NCBI GenBank assembly: GCA_039917855.1
Contig: JBDSIR010000063.1
Coordinates: 1 to 61,871, forward strand
Direction: 5' to 3'
Source: Gemmatimonadales bacterium
GTDB taxonomy: Bacteria > Gemmatimonadota > Gemmatimonadetes > Gemmatimonadales > GWC2-71-9
DNA: 61,871 bases
Shown: positions 9,797 through 18,467 of the stretch, one piece after another
Layout: each line of letters begins with the position of its first letter
Position numbering within the stretch: position 1 is the first letter of the stretch
Program-made: the position numbers and the translations under genes
The notes under the pieces: model-generated
Seen by the model: only the letters and a program-made list of their open reading frames with translations
Told to the model about the DNA's origin: nothing
Database searches by the model: none

Positions 9797-11710
9797 GTGC
9801 ACGTATTGCATCTCGAGGACGATCCCGTCGATGCGGAGCTGATCCAGCGCGCGCTCGCCGCATATGACAAGACGGTCAAGGTCACGTTGGTGGACCACCG
9901 GTCCGCCTTCGAGACCGCCCTCCAGGAGGGCGGGGTCGATATCATCCTGTCGGATCACAACGTACCGCTCTTCGGTGGGTCCGATGCACTGGCGGTCTCC
10001 CGGATCATTGCGCCGGAAACACCCTTCATCCTCGTCACCGGATCGGTGAATGAGGAGGCCGCGGTAGGGTACATGAAGGCCGGGGCGTGGGACTACATCC
10101 TGAAGGATCGGCTGGGTCGATTGCACCTGGCCATCGAGGAGGCGATCGCCCGAGCCCGGCAGGAGCGGGCGCTTTCCAACCAGGAGCTTTTCCTCCGCAC
10201 CATCATCGATGCCGCTCCGGGGCCGATCTTCGTGAAGGCCCGGGGAGGAAAATACCTCCTGGTCAACCGGGCATTGGCGGAGCTCTACGGAGTGTCGCCC
10301 GCGGAGTTGATCGGCCGGACCGACGCGGACCTCCACAACGTCCCAACGGAGGTCAGCGCCTTCCATGAAGGCGATGAGCAGGTCTTTCAGCACGTGGCGC
10401 CCCACCGCGTGCCGGAAATGCCGTTCACACCCCGCGGTGGCGGCGGGATCCGGTGGTTCGACGTCACCAAGATCCCGTTGCGGATCCCGGGTGAGGAAGA
10501 ACTGCGCCTGCTCGGGATGTCGACCGACGTCACCGCGCGGAGGATCATGGAACAGCAGCTCGGCCAGGCCCAGAAGCTGGAGACGATCGGTCAGCTGGCC
10601 AGCGGCGTCGCCCACGATTTCAACAATGCCCTGACGGCCATCCTCGCCAGCGCCGACTTCCTGCTGACCGATCTGCCGGCGGGAGATGCCAGTCGTGAGG
10701 ATGCCGAGGTGATCCGTGCGGCCGCCGTTCACGCCGCCTCCCTGACCAGGCAGCTGCACTCGTTCAGCCGGAAACAAGTGGTCCAGCCGCAGCTCCTCGA
10801 CTTGAATAAGGTGATCAAGGCGATTGACGGCATCCTCCGCCGGCTCCTGACCGAGGGGTACGATCTCCAAAGCGTCCCGTCGGCCGCGCCGCTGGTGGTC
10901 AACGCCGATCCCGGGCAGATCGAGCAGGTCATCCTCAATGTCGTCGTCAACGCCCGCGATGCGATGCCGGAGGGAGGGCGCATCGTGGTCCAGGCGCGGG
11001 AAGTGATCCTCACGGATCCACTTCCGACCTGGGCCGAGGGGCTGGTGCCCGGCCCCCACGCCGCGCTTTCGGTGACGGACACCGGCACCGGTATGAGCCC
11101 GGAGGTGATGGCACGGGTGTTCGAGCCCTTCTTCACCACCAAGCTTCCGGGGAAGGGGACCGGGCTCGGCCTCGCCACCGTGCGGGGCGTTGCGCGCGCG
11201 AGCGGCGGCGCGATCGACATCGTGTCGGCCCAGGGCCAAGGCACGACGGTGACCTTCTACCTGCCGGCCCTGCCTCTCCCAGCCTTCAAGGCCCGCACTT
11301 CGGACCCGGCGGGAAAGCCGCCCCAGGGCTCGGAGACGATCCTCTTGGTCGAGGACGCCGCGGATATCCGCGGCCTCGCCACCCGGATGCTGGCCAGTGC
11401 CGGCTACCGAGTCCTTGCCGCGGAAGGCGGCGCGGCGGCCGAGGCCTTGGCGGTCGCGGAGCCGGGGACACTGCACCTGCTGGTGACCGACATCCTGATG
11501 CCGGGACGCTCCGGACCGGAGGTGGCGCGGCTGGTGCGGGCGTTGCACCCCGAGGTGCGGATCCTCTACATCTCGGGCCATCCAGGAGAAGGGCCGATCG
11601 TGGATGAGATCCTGCAGGGACGGGTGCACTTCCTTCCCAAGCCGTTCTCCAAGCTGGATCTGCTGCTGAAGGTCCGCGAGGTGCTCGACGGACCGTTCGC
11701 TCCGGGCTGA
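9797..11710 (+). CDS. Hybrid histidine kinase REC-PAS-HisKA-HATPase-REC
   Basis: LHLEDD receiver, PAS, GVAHDFNN H-box, NARDAMP, FEPFFTTK, GTGLGL, C-terminal receiver LLVTDILMP. Confidence 0.93.
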   Translation: MHVLHLEDDPVDAELIQRALAAYDKTVKVTLVDHRSAFETALQEGGVDIILSDHNVPLFGGSDALAVSRIIAPETPFILVTGSVNEEAAVGYMKAGAWDYILKDRLGRLHLAIEEAIARARQERALSNQELFLRTIIDAAPGPIFVKARGGKYLLVNRALAELYGVSPAELIGRTDADLHNVPTEVSAFHEGDEQVFQHVAPHRVPEMPFTPRGGGGIRWFDVTKIPLRIPGEEELRLLGMSTDVTARRIMEQQLGQAQKLETIGQLASGVAHDFNNALTAILASADFLLTDLPAGDASREDAEVIRAAAVHAASLTRQLHSFSRKQVVQPQLLDLNKVIKAIDGILRRLLTEGYDLQSVPSAAPLVVNADPGQIEQVILNVVVNARDAMPEGGRIVVQAREVILTDPLPTWAEGLVPGPHAALSVTDTGTGMSPEVMARVFEPFFTTKLPGKGTGLGLATVRGVARASGGAIDIVSAQGQGTTVTFYLPALPLPAFKARTSDPAGKPPQGSETILLVEDAADIRGLATRMLASAGYRVLAAEGGAAAEALAVAEPGTLHLLVTDILMPGRSGPEVARLVRALHPEVRILYISGHPGEGPIVDEILQGRVHFLPKPFSKLDLLLKVREVLDGPFAPG

Positions 11711-11720
11711 TCGGGCGCTT

Positions 11721-11928
11721 GCGTGGGTGGCGCTCTTCCGACCCGGCGAGTAGAGGTCATTCACCACGGAGCGTCGGAGGTACACGGAGAGTCACGGAGG
11801 GAGAAATGTGTGGTCGCACTTGGGGAGCTCCGCCCGAGCGACCACAACAATTGCAGTTCTCCGTGAGTCTCCGTGCGCCTCCGATCCTCCGTGGTGAATG
11901 ATCCTAGTTGACCCACGCGGGAGCCGCT
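11721..11928. repeat. ~200 bp hairpin unit, copy 2
   Basis: gcgtgggtggcgctcttccgacccggcgagtagaggtcattcaccacggag...ctccgtggtgaatgatcctagttgacccacgcgggagccgct. Confidence 0.9.
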
Positions 11929-12128
11929 GCGCGGGTGGCGCTCTTCCGACCCGGCGAGCAGAGGTCGTTCACCACGGAGTATCGGAGGTACACGGAGCCG
12001 CACGGAGGTGATCATTGTGTCCCGACGGGGAGCTCCGCCTGGGACCACCAGTATCCTTCTCCGTGACTCTCCGTGAACCTCCGATACTCCGTGGTGAATG
12101 ACCCTGGTTGACCCACGCGGGAGCCGCT
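11929..12128. repeat. ~200 bp hairpin unit, copy 3 (tandem with copy 2)
   Basis: Same flanks and arms as copy 2; diverged loop retains GGGGAGCTCCGCC. Confidence 0.9.
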
Positions 12129-12185
12129 CTCATATTCCGAGTCCGAAAACCGAGTATCTCTGTCGCACATCTTCCGGAGCCTCGC

Positions 12186-12794
12186 ATGGCCTTCACGCTT
12201 CCTCCGCTCCCCTACGCACCTGACGCGCTCGAGCCGCACATCGATGCGCAGACGATGCAGATCCACCATGGCAAGCATCACAACGCCTACGTCACCAATC
12301 TCAACGCCGCGCTCGAGCCCCACGCCGCCCTGCAGTCGAAGAGCATCGAGGCGTTGATCGCCGACCTGAACGCCGTTCCCGAAGCGATCCGCACTGCCGT
12401 CCGCAACAACGGCGGCGGGCACTACAACCACACGCTGTTCTGGGATCTGATGATCCCGGGGGGCGCCAAGGAGCCGGCCGGCGCATTGGCCGCGGCGATC
12501 ACCAAGGCATTCGGCGGGATGGCGCCGTTCAAGGAGCAGTTCCAGAAGGCGGGGGCGACCCGCTTCGGATCGGGGTGGGCCTGGCTGGTCCGGGGCAAGG
12601 ATGGCGCCCTCGCCATCGAGAGCTCTCCGAACCAGGACTGCCCCCTGATGGACGGGAAGTTCCCGGTGATGGGGTGCGATGTCTGGGAGCACGCGTACTA
12701 CCTCAAGTACCAGAACCGCCGCCCCGACTACATGGCGGCGTGGTGGAACGTGCTCAACTGGGACACGGTGGCGAAGCGCTTCGCGGCAAAGTGA
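12186..12794 (+). CDS. sodA: Superoxide dismutase, Mn/Fe family (Mn-type signatures)
   Basis: [51 protein letters not shown]. Confidence 0.95.
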   Translation: MAFTLPPLPYAPDALEPHIDAQTMQIHHGKHHNAYVTNLNAALEPHAALQSKSIEALIADLNAVPEAIRTAVRNNGGGHYNHTLFWDLMIPGGAKEPAGALAAAITKAFGGMAPFKEQFQKAGATRFGSGWAWLVRGKDGALAIESSPNQDCPLMDGKFPVMGCDVWEHAYYLKYQNRRPDYMAAWWNVLNWDTVAKRFAAK

Positions 12795-12877
12795 GCGGTG
12801 AGCGGTGAGAGGTGAGCGGGCCATCTCAGGAGATCTCTCCGGGTGGGCCCGCTCACCGCTTACCGCTCACTGGTCAC
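12791..12877. repeat. Inverted heptamer hairpin (GTGAGCG)x4 / (CGCTCAC)x4 starting at the sodA stop
   Basis: Direct reading; sodA TGA lies in unit 1. Confidence 0.9.
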
Positions 12878-12903
12878 CCCACAAGCTTCACGGAAGAGGG
12901 ATC

Positions 12904-13377
12904 ATGCCCGTCACCGTCTCCCTGCTCCCGACCGGGAGCACCGCGCCCGACTTCACCCTGCCTTCCACCTCGGGCGAGAAGGTCACCCTCTCGAGCTTTC
13001 GCGGGAAGAAGAATGTCCTGCTCGCCTTCTTCCCCTTCGCGTTCACCCGCACCTGCACCGCGGAGCTCTGTGACCTCTCGACCGACTACTCCCGATTTGC
13101 CTCGGCGGAGACCGTGGTGCTCCCCATCAGCTGCGATTTCGTCCCGGCCCTCAGGGCGTACAAGGCGAAGGAGCAGATGACAGTGGACCTCCTTGGCGAC
13201 GTCCGGCGCGACGTGTCGCGGGCGTACGGCGTGCTCCTCGAAGAACCGTTCGCGTCCGCCCGCGCCTACATCCTGATCGACAAGACGGGCACCATCCGCT
13301 GGCAGTTCGCCGAGGTCGAGCTGGGCCACAAGCGGAGCAACGGCGAACTGCTCGCGGAGCTCGCCAAGCTGGGCTAG
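12904..13377 (+). CDS. Peroxiredoxin (AhpE/AhpC-TSA family)
   Basis: [22 protein letters not shown] (PxxxTxxC), [14 protein letters not shown]. Confidence 0.9.
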   Translation: MPVTVSLLPTGSTAPDFTLPSTSGEKVTLSSFRGKKNVLLAFFPFAFTRTCTAELCDLSTDYSRFASAETVVLPISCDFVPALRAYKAKEQMTVDLLGDVRRDVSRAYGVLLEEPFASARAYILIDKTGTIRWQFAEVELGHKRSNGELLAELAKLG

Positions 13378-14750
13378 TGCTCGAAGCCTATCCGCTCGAA
13401 CCGCCTCCGCCCCTCCCTCCGCTCGACGAGCGGTGGGAGGATCCTGGTTTCATGCTCGGATCGGGGCGTCGGGCCGGGTGGGGCGACGAGTGCGTCTGGT
13501 TCGGTGAGCTTCCGGTGCTGGAGCACCTCCGGGTGCTGGGTCCGCTCGAACTCCAGGACCGTCGCATCGTGGCGCTCGAGGAGCCGCTCTTCATCTGGGA
13601 GGTCGAGGCCGCCGGGGAGGTCCAGTTGATCTGCGACGTCGACCTCCGGGCCGAGCGGGTGCGCTACGAGCGCGCCAGCGACGGATCGCGGCTCTGGCTC
13701 GGGGGGGAGTGGCCCACCGACGAACTGCTGGTCTCCTGCTACGGTGGCGTGGTCGAAGTGACGGAGGAGGGATCGACGATCCAGCTGCGGGCCCGGGGGA
13801 TCGGGCGCGTCCGGCTGGTGGTGGTCGCGGCGCGGGACGAGGGCGATCGCGACCGCACCGTGCGGGCGCTGACCCGGAAAGGGGTCGCCGGGGTGGTGGC
13901 CCAGTACGTCCGGCACCTCGAAATGGTCGAGGCGCTGGGTGCGAAGCTCACCACCCCCGACCTCGAGTTGAACGACCAGTTCGCCTTCGACAAGCGCGAC
14001 CTCGACGGGACGCTGCGCGAATGGCCCGACGGTCACCGCGGCCTCCTCGAACCGCTGGAACACGGCTTCGCCCTGCTGGCCCTGGGCCTCCGGGAAGCCG
14101 TGCGCGACACGTTGCGCGGCCCGCTCGATGATCCCGAGGTGCTCCGGCTCTTCGCGGCGTATGCGGTCTGGGCCGGGACCGATGATTTCGTGCGCCGACA
14201 TTGGCCGCGGGTGACCCAGGCGCTGCGCGAAGCCGACCCCGGCCCTGAACGGGGGGACTTCCTGGCCGAGGAGGATCCCCCTGTGCCGATCGACGAGTAT
14301 CTGGATGCCGCCGCCGAACTGATCCCGGTGGCGGAGGCCCTCGGTGATCACGCGGCCGCGGCGATGCTCGAAGGGATGATCGCCGGTGTTGCGGTCGATC
14401 CGGTGTCGGGTCCGTGGCTCTGGCCCGACCCGGTGATGAAGCTCTGGGGGATCACGCCCGGCGCCCTGGAAGGCACGGTCACGCTGGCCCCTCAGCTTCC
14501 GGATGCTTGGCCCGAGATGACGCTCGAGCGACTCCGGATCGGTTCCACCTCGCTCGATGTACGGGTGCGACGTCGTCCCGGCGGGCTCGCCGTGAAATGT
14601 CGCGTGACCCGCGGTCCGCCGATCGTGGTCCAGCTCGCCCCCGAGCTCCCATTCCAGCCGACCGGCATCCTGCTGGACGGAGAGCAGCTGGCGGGGCCCA
14701 CCGTCCGTTTCACCGTCGAGAGCGAGGCCGAAGCGGTCTGGATCCGGTGA
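13377..14750 (+). CDS. Hypothetical protein, possibly derived from a glycoside hydrolase
   Basis: Coupled ORF; C-terminal WGITP..GTVTLAPQLPDAWPEMTLERLRIG resembles the tail of (alpha/alpha)6 hydrolases. Confidence 0.55.
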   Translation: MLEAYPLEPPPPLPPLDERWEDPGFMLGSGRRAGWGDECVWFGELPVLEHLRVLGPLELQDRRIVALEEPLFIWEVEAAGEVQLICDVDLRAERVRYERASDGSRLWLGGEWPTDELLVSCYGGVVEVTEEGSTIQLRARGIGRVRLVVVAARDEGDRDRTVRALTRKGVAGVVAQYVRHLEMVEALGAKLTTPDLELNDQFAFDKRDLDGTLREWPDGHRGLLEPLEHGFALLALGLREAVRDTLRGPLDDPEVLRLFAAYAVWAGTDDFVRRHWPRVTQALREADPGPERGDFLAEEDPPVPIDEYLDAAAELIPVAEALGDHAAAAMLEGMIAGVAVDPVSGPWLWPDPVMKLWGITPGALEGTVTLAPQLPDAWPEMTLERLRIGSTSLDVRVRRRPGGLAVKCRVTRGPPIVVQLAPELPFQPTGILLDGEQLAGPTVRFTVESEAEAVWIR

Positions 14751-14801
14751 TCCCGCGGGGCTCCCGGCGCTATACTTCGGCAACCCTTCCACCTCGATCC
14801 C

Positions 14802-15152
14802 GTGCCCCTCATTCGCTCGTTCGTCGCGGTCGTGCTCTGTGCGTTGACCGCCTGCCGCATCGAGACCTGCCCTCCCGCCGAGGTGGCGCGGATGCAGACC
14901 ACGGTCCAGGCTGCGGTGGCGGAGCACTATCGGGCCCGGAACGCGCTGGCGGGTGATTCGATCGAGTTGAGCGTGACCCGCCGGCAGATCGACGCGCATC
15001 GCGACCTCGCCTCGGTGTGGATCACCCTCCGGGAGCGTCGGGCGGTCTCCAGGGACAGCGTGCGTGACACCACGCGCTCCGAGCACCTGCTGCTGCGTCG
15101 CACGGGCGCCGGGTGGATCGTCCTGTCGGCCGCGACGGTGAGCGCTCCCTGA
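14802..15152 (+). CDS. Small putative lipoprotein (possible NTF2-like fold)
   Basis: Hydrophobic N-terminus with LTAC lipobox; C-terminal LLRRTGAGWIV. Confidence 0.6.
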   Translation: MPLIRSFVAVVLCALTACRIETCPPAEVARMQTTVQAAVAEHYRARNALAGDSIELSVTRRQIDAHRDLASVWITLRERRAVSRDSVRDTTRSEHLLLRRTGAGWIVLSAATVSAP

Positions 15153-16102
15153 CAGCGGGACCGCGGCACTGGCCGCGACAGACCCTGCGCGGTGGCCTGG
15201 TGCTGGTCGCCGCACTGGCGCTGGGCGCCGTCTGGCGCGAGGCGGCCAGGGCCCGTGCGGCCTCCGTGGCGGAAGCGGATCGCCGCGCCGCCGTGCTCGT
15301 CGCCGAGTATCTCAGCGCGGTGGCGTCGCCGGGAAGCCCCGGGCGGACGGGTGCCGATGCCAGGCTCCTGTCGGCGGCGGGAGCCTTGGTCAGTGCGAGC
15401 TTCTGGAGCGGCGGCGCCCAAGTCTGGCTCGACCGGACTCCCCTTTTGCTCGGTGACACGAGCGGCACAGGCGCCGCCGTCGCACCGCTCGTCAATCCTG
15501 ACGGTGCGCTCCGCGGGGCTGTGGCGGTGTGGCGCAGTGTGCCGACCGCGGGCGAGGAGGCCCTGGTTGCCGTGAGCGGCACACTCGCCCTCGCGGCCAT
15601 CATCGCGGCCACTCTGGTCGGCGCCTACACCCAGCGGCCACGAGAGCGGGGGGTCCTCACCGGGGTCACCCTGGCGGTGGTGGCCGTGGGCATCGCAGGG
15701 CAGGTGGGGGCGATCGTCTCGGCTGACCGGGCGGCGACCGACGCCGGTCTCCTCCGCACCCGGCGGGTGCTCGAGATCGCCGCCGTCGGTGCCCGGGTGC
15801 CACCGCGGACCGTCACCCGCCTCGCGCCGGGGCTCCAGGTCACGCCGGTCCGTGCCGCGGTGGTGGTGCGCGATTCGGGGGTGACGCGTGATACCAGCGG
15901 GGCCTGGGTCGTCGCGTTGGCGTCGCGTGGCCAGGCGTGGCGGCTGGTCGATCCGGGGTCGGCGCGGGCCAAGGGCCCGATCCGCTCACGGATCGTGCTG
16001 TTCGGGCTGGTGGCGCTCCTCGCCACCTTCGCGGCGGCGGCGCTCCCGGCAGGCGAAGGTTACCTTACGGCATCCCGGCCCGACCCCCGACCTTTCGCGT
16101 GA
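15113..16102 (+). CDS. Hypothetical membrane protein (start may be CTG 15149)
   Basis: About 4 hydrophobic segments; stop overlaps the kinase GTG. Confidence 0.55.
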   Translation: MDRPVGRDGERSLTAGPRHWPRQTLRGGLVLVAALALGAVWREAARARAASVAEADRRAAVLVAEYLSAVASPGSPGRTGADARLLSAAGALVSASFWSGGAQVWLDRTPLLLGDTSGTGAAVAPLVNPDGALRGAVAVWRSVPTAGEEALVAVSGTLALAAIIAATLVGAYTQRPRERGVLTGVTLAVVAVGIAGQVGAIVSADRAATDAGLLRTRRVLEIAAVGARVPPRTVTRLAPGLQVTPVRAAVVVRDSGVTRDTSGAWVVALASRGQAWRLVDPGSARAKGPIRSRIVLFGLVALLATFAAAALPAGEGYLTASRPDPRPFA

Positions 16103-17649
16103 CCACGACGCCCATCACTCCGATCCCCGGCCCGACCCTCCTCGGCGCCGTCGCGAAGCTGCTCTCGGCCGGCCATAGCCCCGAGGAGACGCTGACCGGC
16201 GTGGCCGACCTGCTCTATCGTGGCCTGCCGGCGCAGGAGGTCGCGGTCTGGCTGCGTGAACCGACCGCCACGGAATACCGCGCCATCGTCTCTCCCCCCA
16301 GCGACCGCAACCCCGGGCGTCGGACCTCGAGCGCTCTCCAGGCGTTGCTCGACGACCGCGAGCCCTCGACCTACCGCTTCAACCTGGTGCACGAAGGGGA
16401 ACGGCTGGGGATGCTGGAGGCGCGGACACTGGAGGTGCTCTCGGCGGAGCGCCTCGAGGTCTTCGAGATCGCGGCCGACATCCTTGCGCCGTACCTGGCG
16501 TCGATCGAGTTGTCGGAGGACCTGGCACAGGAGGTGGCGCTCCGGGCCCGTGAGATCGAGGAGCAGCGCAGCTTCATCGCGCAGGTCATCGACTCCCTCC
16601 CGCTCGGCCTCTACGTGGTCGACCGCGACTATCGCGTCACGCTGTGGAACCGGATGCGTGAGATGGGCAACCAGGGCCTGCCGCGTGAAGAGGCGATGGG
16701 CCGGACGGTGTTCGATGTGCTGAGCCGCCAGGATCCGGCGGTGCTCCGTTCGGAGTTCGACAGCGTGTTCCAGGCGGGGCGCACGCTGCAGGTGGAGCTC
16801 GAGGCGCAGACCGGAGGGGAGCTGCGATCGTACCGCATCTCCAAGATCCCGATGCGCGACGGGCGGGGCGCGGTGAGCCACGTCATCACCATCGGCGAGG
16901 ACCTGACCGACTGGCGGGCCGCGCAGACCCGCATCCTGCAGTCGGAGAAGCTGGCCGCAGTGGGCCAGCTCGCCGCCGGGGTGATGCACGAGATCAACAA
17001 CCCGCTCGCCACCATCGGCGCCTGCGTCGAAGCGCTGAGCGGGCGGCTCGCCGACCGGGGCGAGATGCCGGTGGCGCAAGCGCGCGAATACCTCGAGATC
17101 ATCGACAAGGAAGTGCAGCGCTGCACCGAGATCGTCGACGGGCTGCTCGACTTCTCGCGGCCCAAGGCCACCACCCGGCGCCCCGTGAACCTCTCGTCGG
17201 TGGTGGAGGACGTGCTCTTCCTCCTCAAGCACCACCAGCGATTCAAGCGGATGACGGTCCAGCGCGAGCTCGCCGTCGACCTTCCGGACATCGCCGCCAA
17301 CCAGGAACAGCTGGTGCAGGTGTTCATGGCGCTGCTGCTCAACGCCGTCGACGCGATGGAGGGGAAAGGCGGGGTCATCGGGGTCCGCACCTCGCGCAAC
17401 CCCGACCGGGCCGACGAGGTGATGGCGGAGGTCCGCGACAGCGGCCAGGGGATGGCGGAGGCGGAGCTGTCCAAGATCTTCGAACCGTTCTATACCACGA
17501 AGGCGCCGGGCCGCGGGACCGGACTGGGGCTGTCGATCTGTTACGGCATCGTGCAGCAACATCGCGGCCGCATCGCGGTGGACAGCGTGCCGGGGCAGGG
17601 GTCCACCTTCCGCGTCTACCTCCCCATCGACCCCGCGCCGCGCCCGTGA
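16099..17649 (+). CDS. GAF-PAS sensor histidine kinase (NtrB-like)
   Basis: SEKLAAVGQLAAGVMHEINNPL, NAVDAM, FEPFYTTK, GTGLGLSIC. Confidence 0.92.
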   Translation: MTTTPITPIPGPTLLGAVAKLLSAGHSPEETLTGVADLLYRGLPAQEVAVWLREPTATEYRAIVSPPSDRNPGRRTSSALQALLDDREPSTYRFNLVHEGERLGMLEARTLEVLSAERLEVFEIAADILAPYLASIELSEDLAQEVALRAREIEEQRSFIAQVIDSLPLGLYVVDRDYRVTLWNRMREMGNQGLPREEAMGRTVFDVLSRQDPAVLRSEFDSVFQAGRTLQVELEAQTGGELRSYRISKIPMRDGRGAVSHVITIGEDLTDWRAAQTRILQSEKLAAVGQLAAGVMHEINNPLATIGACVEALSGRLADRGEMPVAQAREYLEIIDKEVQRCTEIVDGLLDFSRPKATTRRPVNLSSVVEDVLFLLKHHQRFKRMTVQRELAVDLPDIAANQEQLVQVFMALLLNAVDAMEGKGGVIGVRTSRNPDRADEVMAEVRDSGQGMAEAELSKIFEPFYTTKAPGRGTGLGLSICYGIVQQHRGRIAVDSVPGQGSTFRVYLPIDPAPRP

Positions 17650-18314
17650 AGGTCCTGGTCATCGAGGACGACCGCACGGTCGGTCAGTACGTGAAGCACG
17701 GGCTGGAGGAGCAGCGGTTCACCGCCGATCTCGTCGATGAGGGGCTGGAAGGGCTCCGGGTCGCCTCGACCGGGCACTATGACGTCATCGTGCTGGACCT
17801 GCGGCTGCCGGGCATGACGGGACTCGAGATCGTGCGGACCCTCCGAGACCGCGGCGTCACCACGCCGGTCCTGATGCTCACCGCCCAGGACTCGGTCGAG
17901 TTCAAGGTGGCCGGCCTCCGCGCCGGGGCCGATGACTACGTCACCAAGCCGTTCTCGTTCGAGGAGCTGCTGGCGCGGGTCGAGGCGCTGTCGCGCCGCC
18001 CCCGCGAGGTCGCGCCCCCCGTGCTTTCGCTCGACGACCTGACGCTCGACGTCGGCGCCCGTGAGGTGCGTCGCGGTGGCCAGCTCCTTGACCTGACGCC
18101 CAAGGAGTATCTCGTCCTCGAGTACCTGATGCGGCACCCGGGCCGGGTGATGAGCCGGACCCTCATCACCGAGTACGCCTGGGATTATCACTTCGACCCC
18201 GGCACCAACATCGTGGACGTCGTGATCAACCGGCTCCGCAAGAAGGTCGACGTGGGGACGGCGAAGAAGCTGATCCACACGGTGCGGGGGGTGGGATATG
18301 TAGTTAAGAGTTGA
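17646..18314 (+). CDS. OmpR-family response regulator (CusR/CopR-like)
   Basis: VLVIEDD, GADDYVTKPFSFEELLAR, winged helix NIVDVVINRLRKK, TVRGVGY. Confidence 0.95.
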   Translation: MKVLVIEDDRTVGQYVKHGLEEQRFTADLVDEGLEGLRVASTGHYDVIVLDLRLPGMTGLEIVRTLRDRGVTTPVLMLTAQDSVEFKVAGLRAGADDYVTKPFSFEELLARVEALSRRPREVAPPVLSLDDLTLDVGAREVRRGGQLLDLTPKEYLVLEYLMRHPGRVMSRTLITEYAWDYHFDPGTNIVDVVINRLRKKVDVGTAKKLIHTVRGVGYVVKS

Positions 18315-18383
18315 GAGTCTAGAGTCGGAACGGTGCCATGGTGGGAGCGACTCTAAACTCGGGACTCTAGACTCTCGACTCTC
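18307..18383. repeat. Inverted heptamer hairpin (AGAGTYN)/(GACTCT) containing the regulator's stop
   Basis: agagttg agagtct agagtcg ... cgactct aaactcg ggactct agactct cgactct. Confidence 0.75.
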
Positions 18384-18467
18384 CCGGCCCCATACTTAAT
18401 CCCTTCCCGGGGTCATCCGCCTCCCGGGTATCGTCGATCCCCACGCCCCGAGCCCCAAGCCTCCCCG

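Noticed and set aside
9137-11785. Long antisense ORFs (882 aa here, 844 aa at 34838-37372, 766 aa at 32499-34799 and many others)
   Set aside because: Shadow frames of recognisable genes in high-GC DNA; no motifs.
11721-12128. CRISPR array
   Set aside because: Units are ~200 bp palindromes with homologous interiors, not short repeats with unique spacers; no cas genes.
6868-12128. Classical integron attC sites
   Set aside because: No RYYYAAC/GTTRRRY boxes in the right arrangement (tail is GTTGACY) and no integrase in the window.
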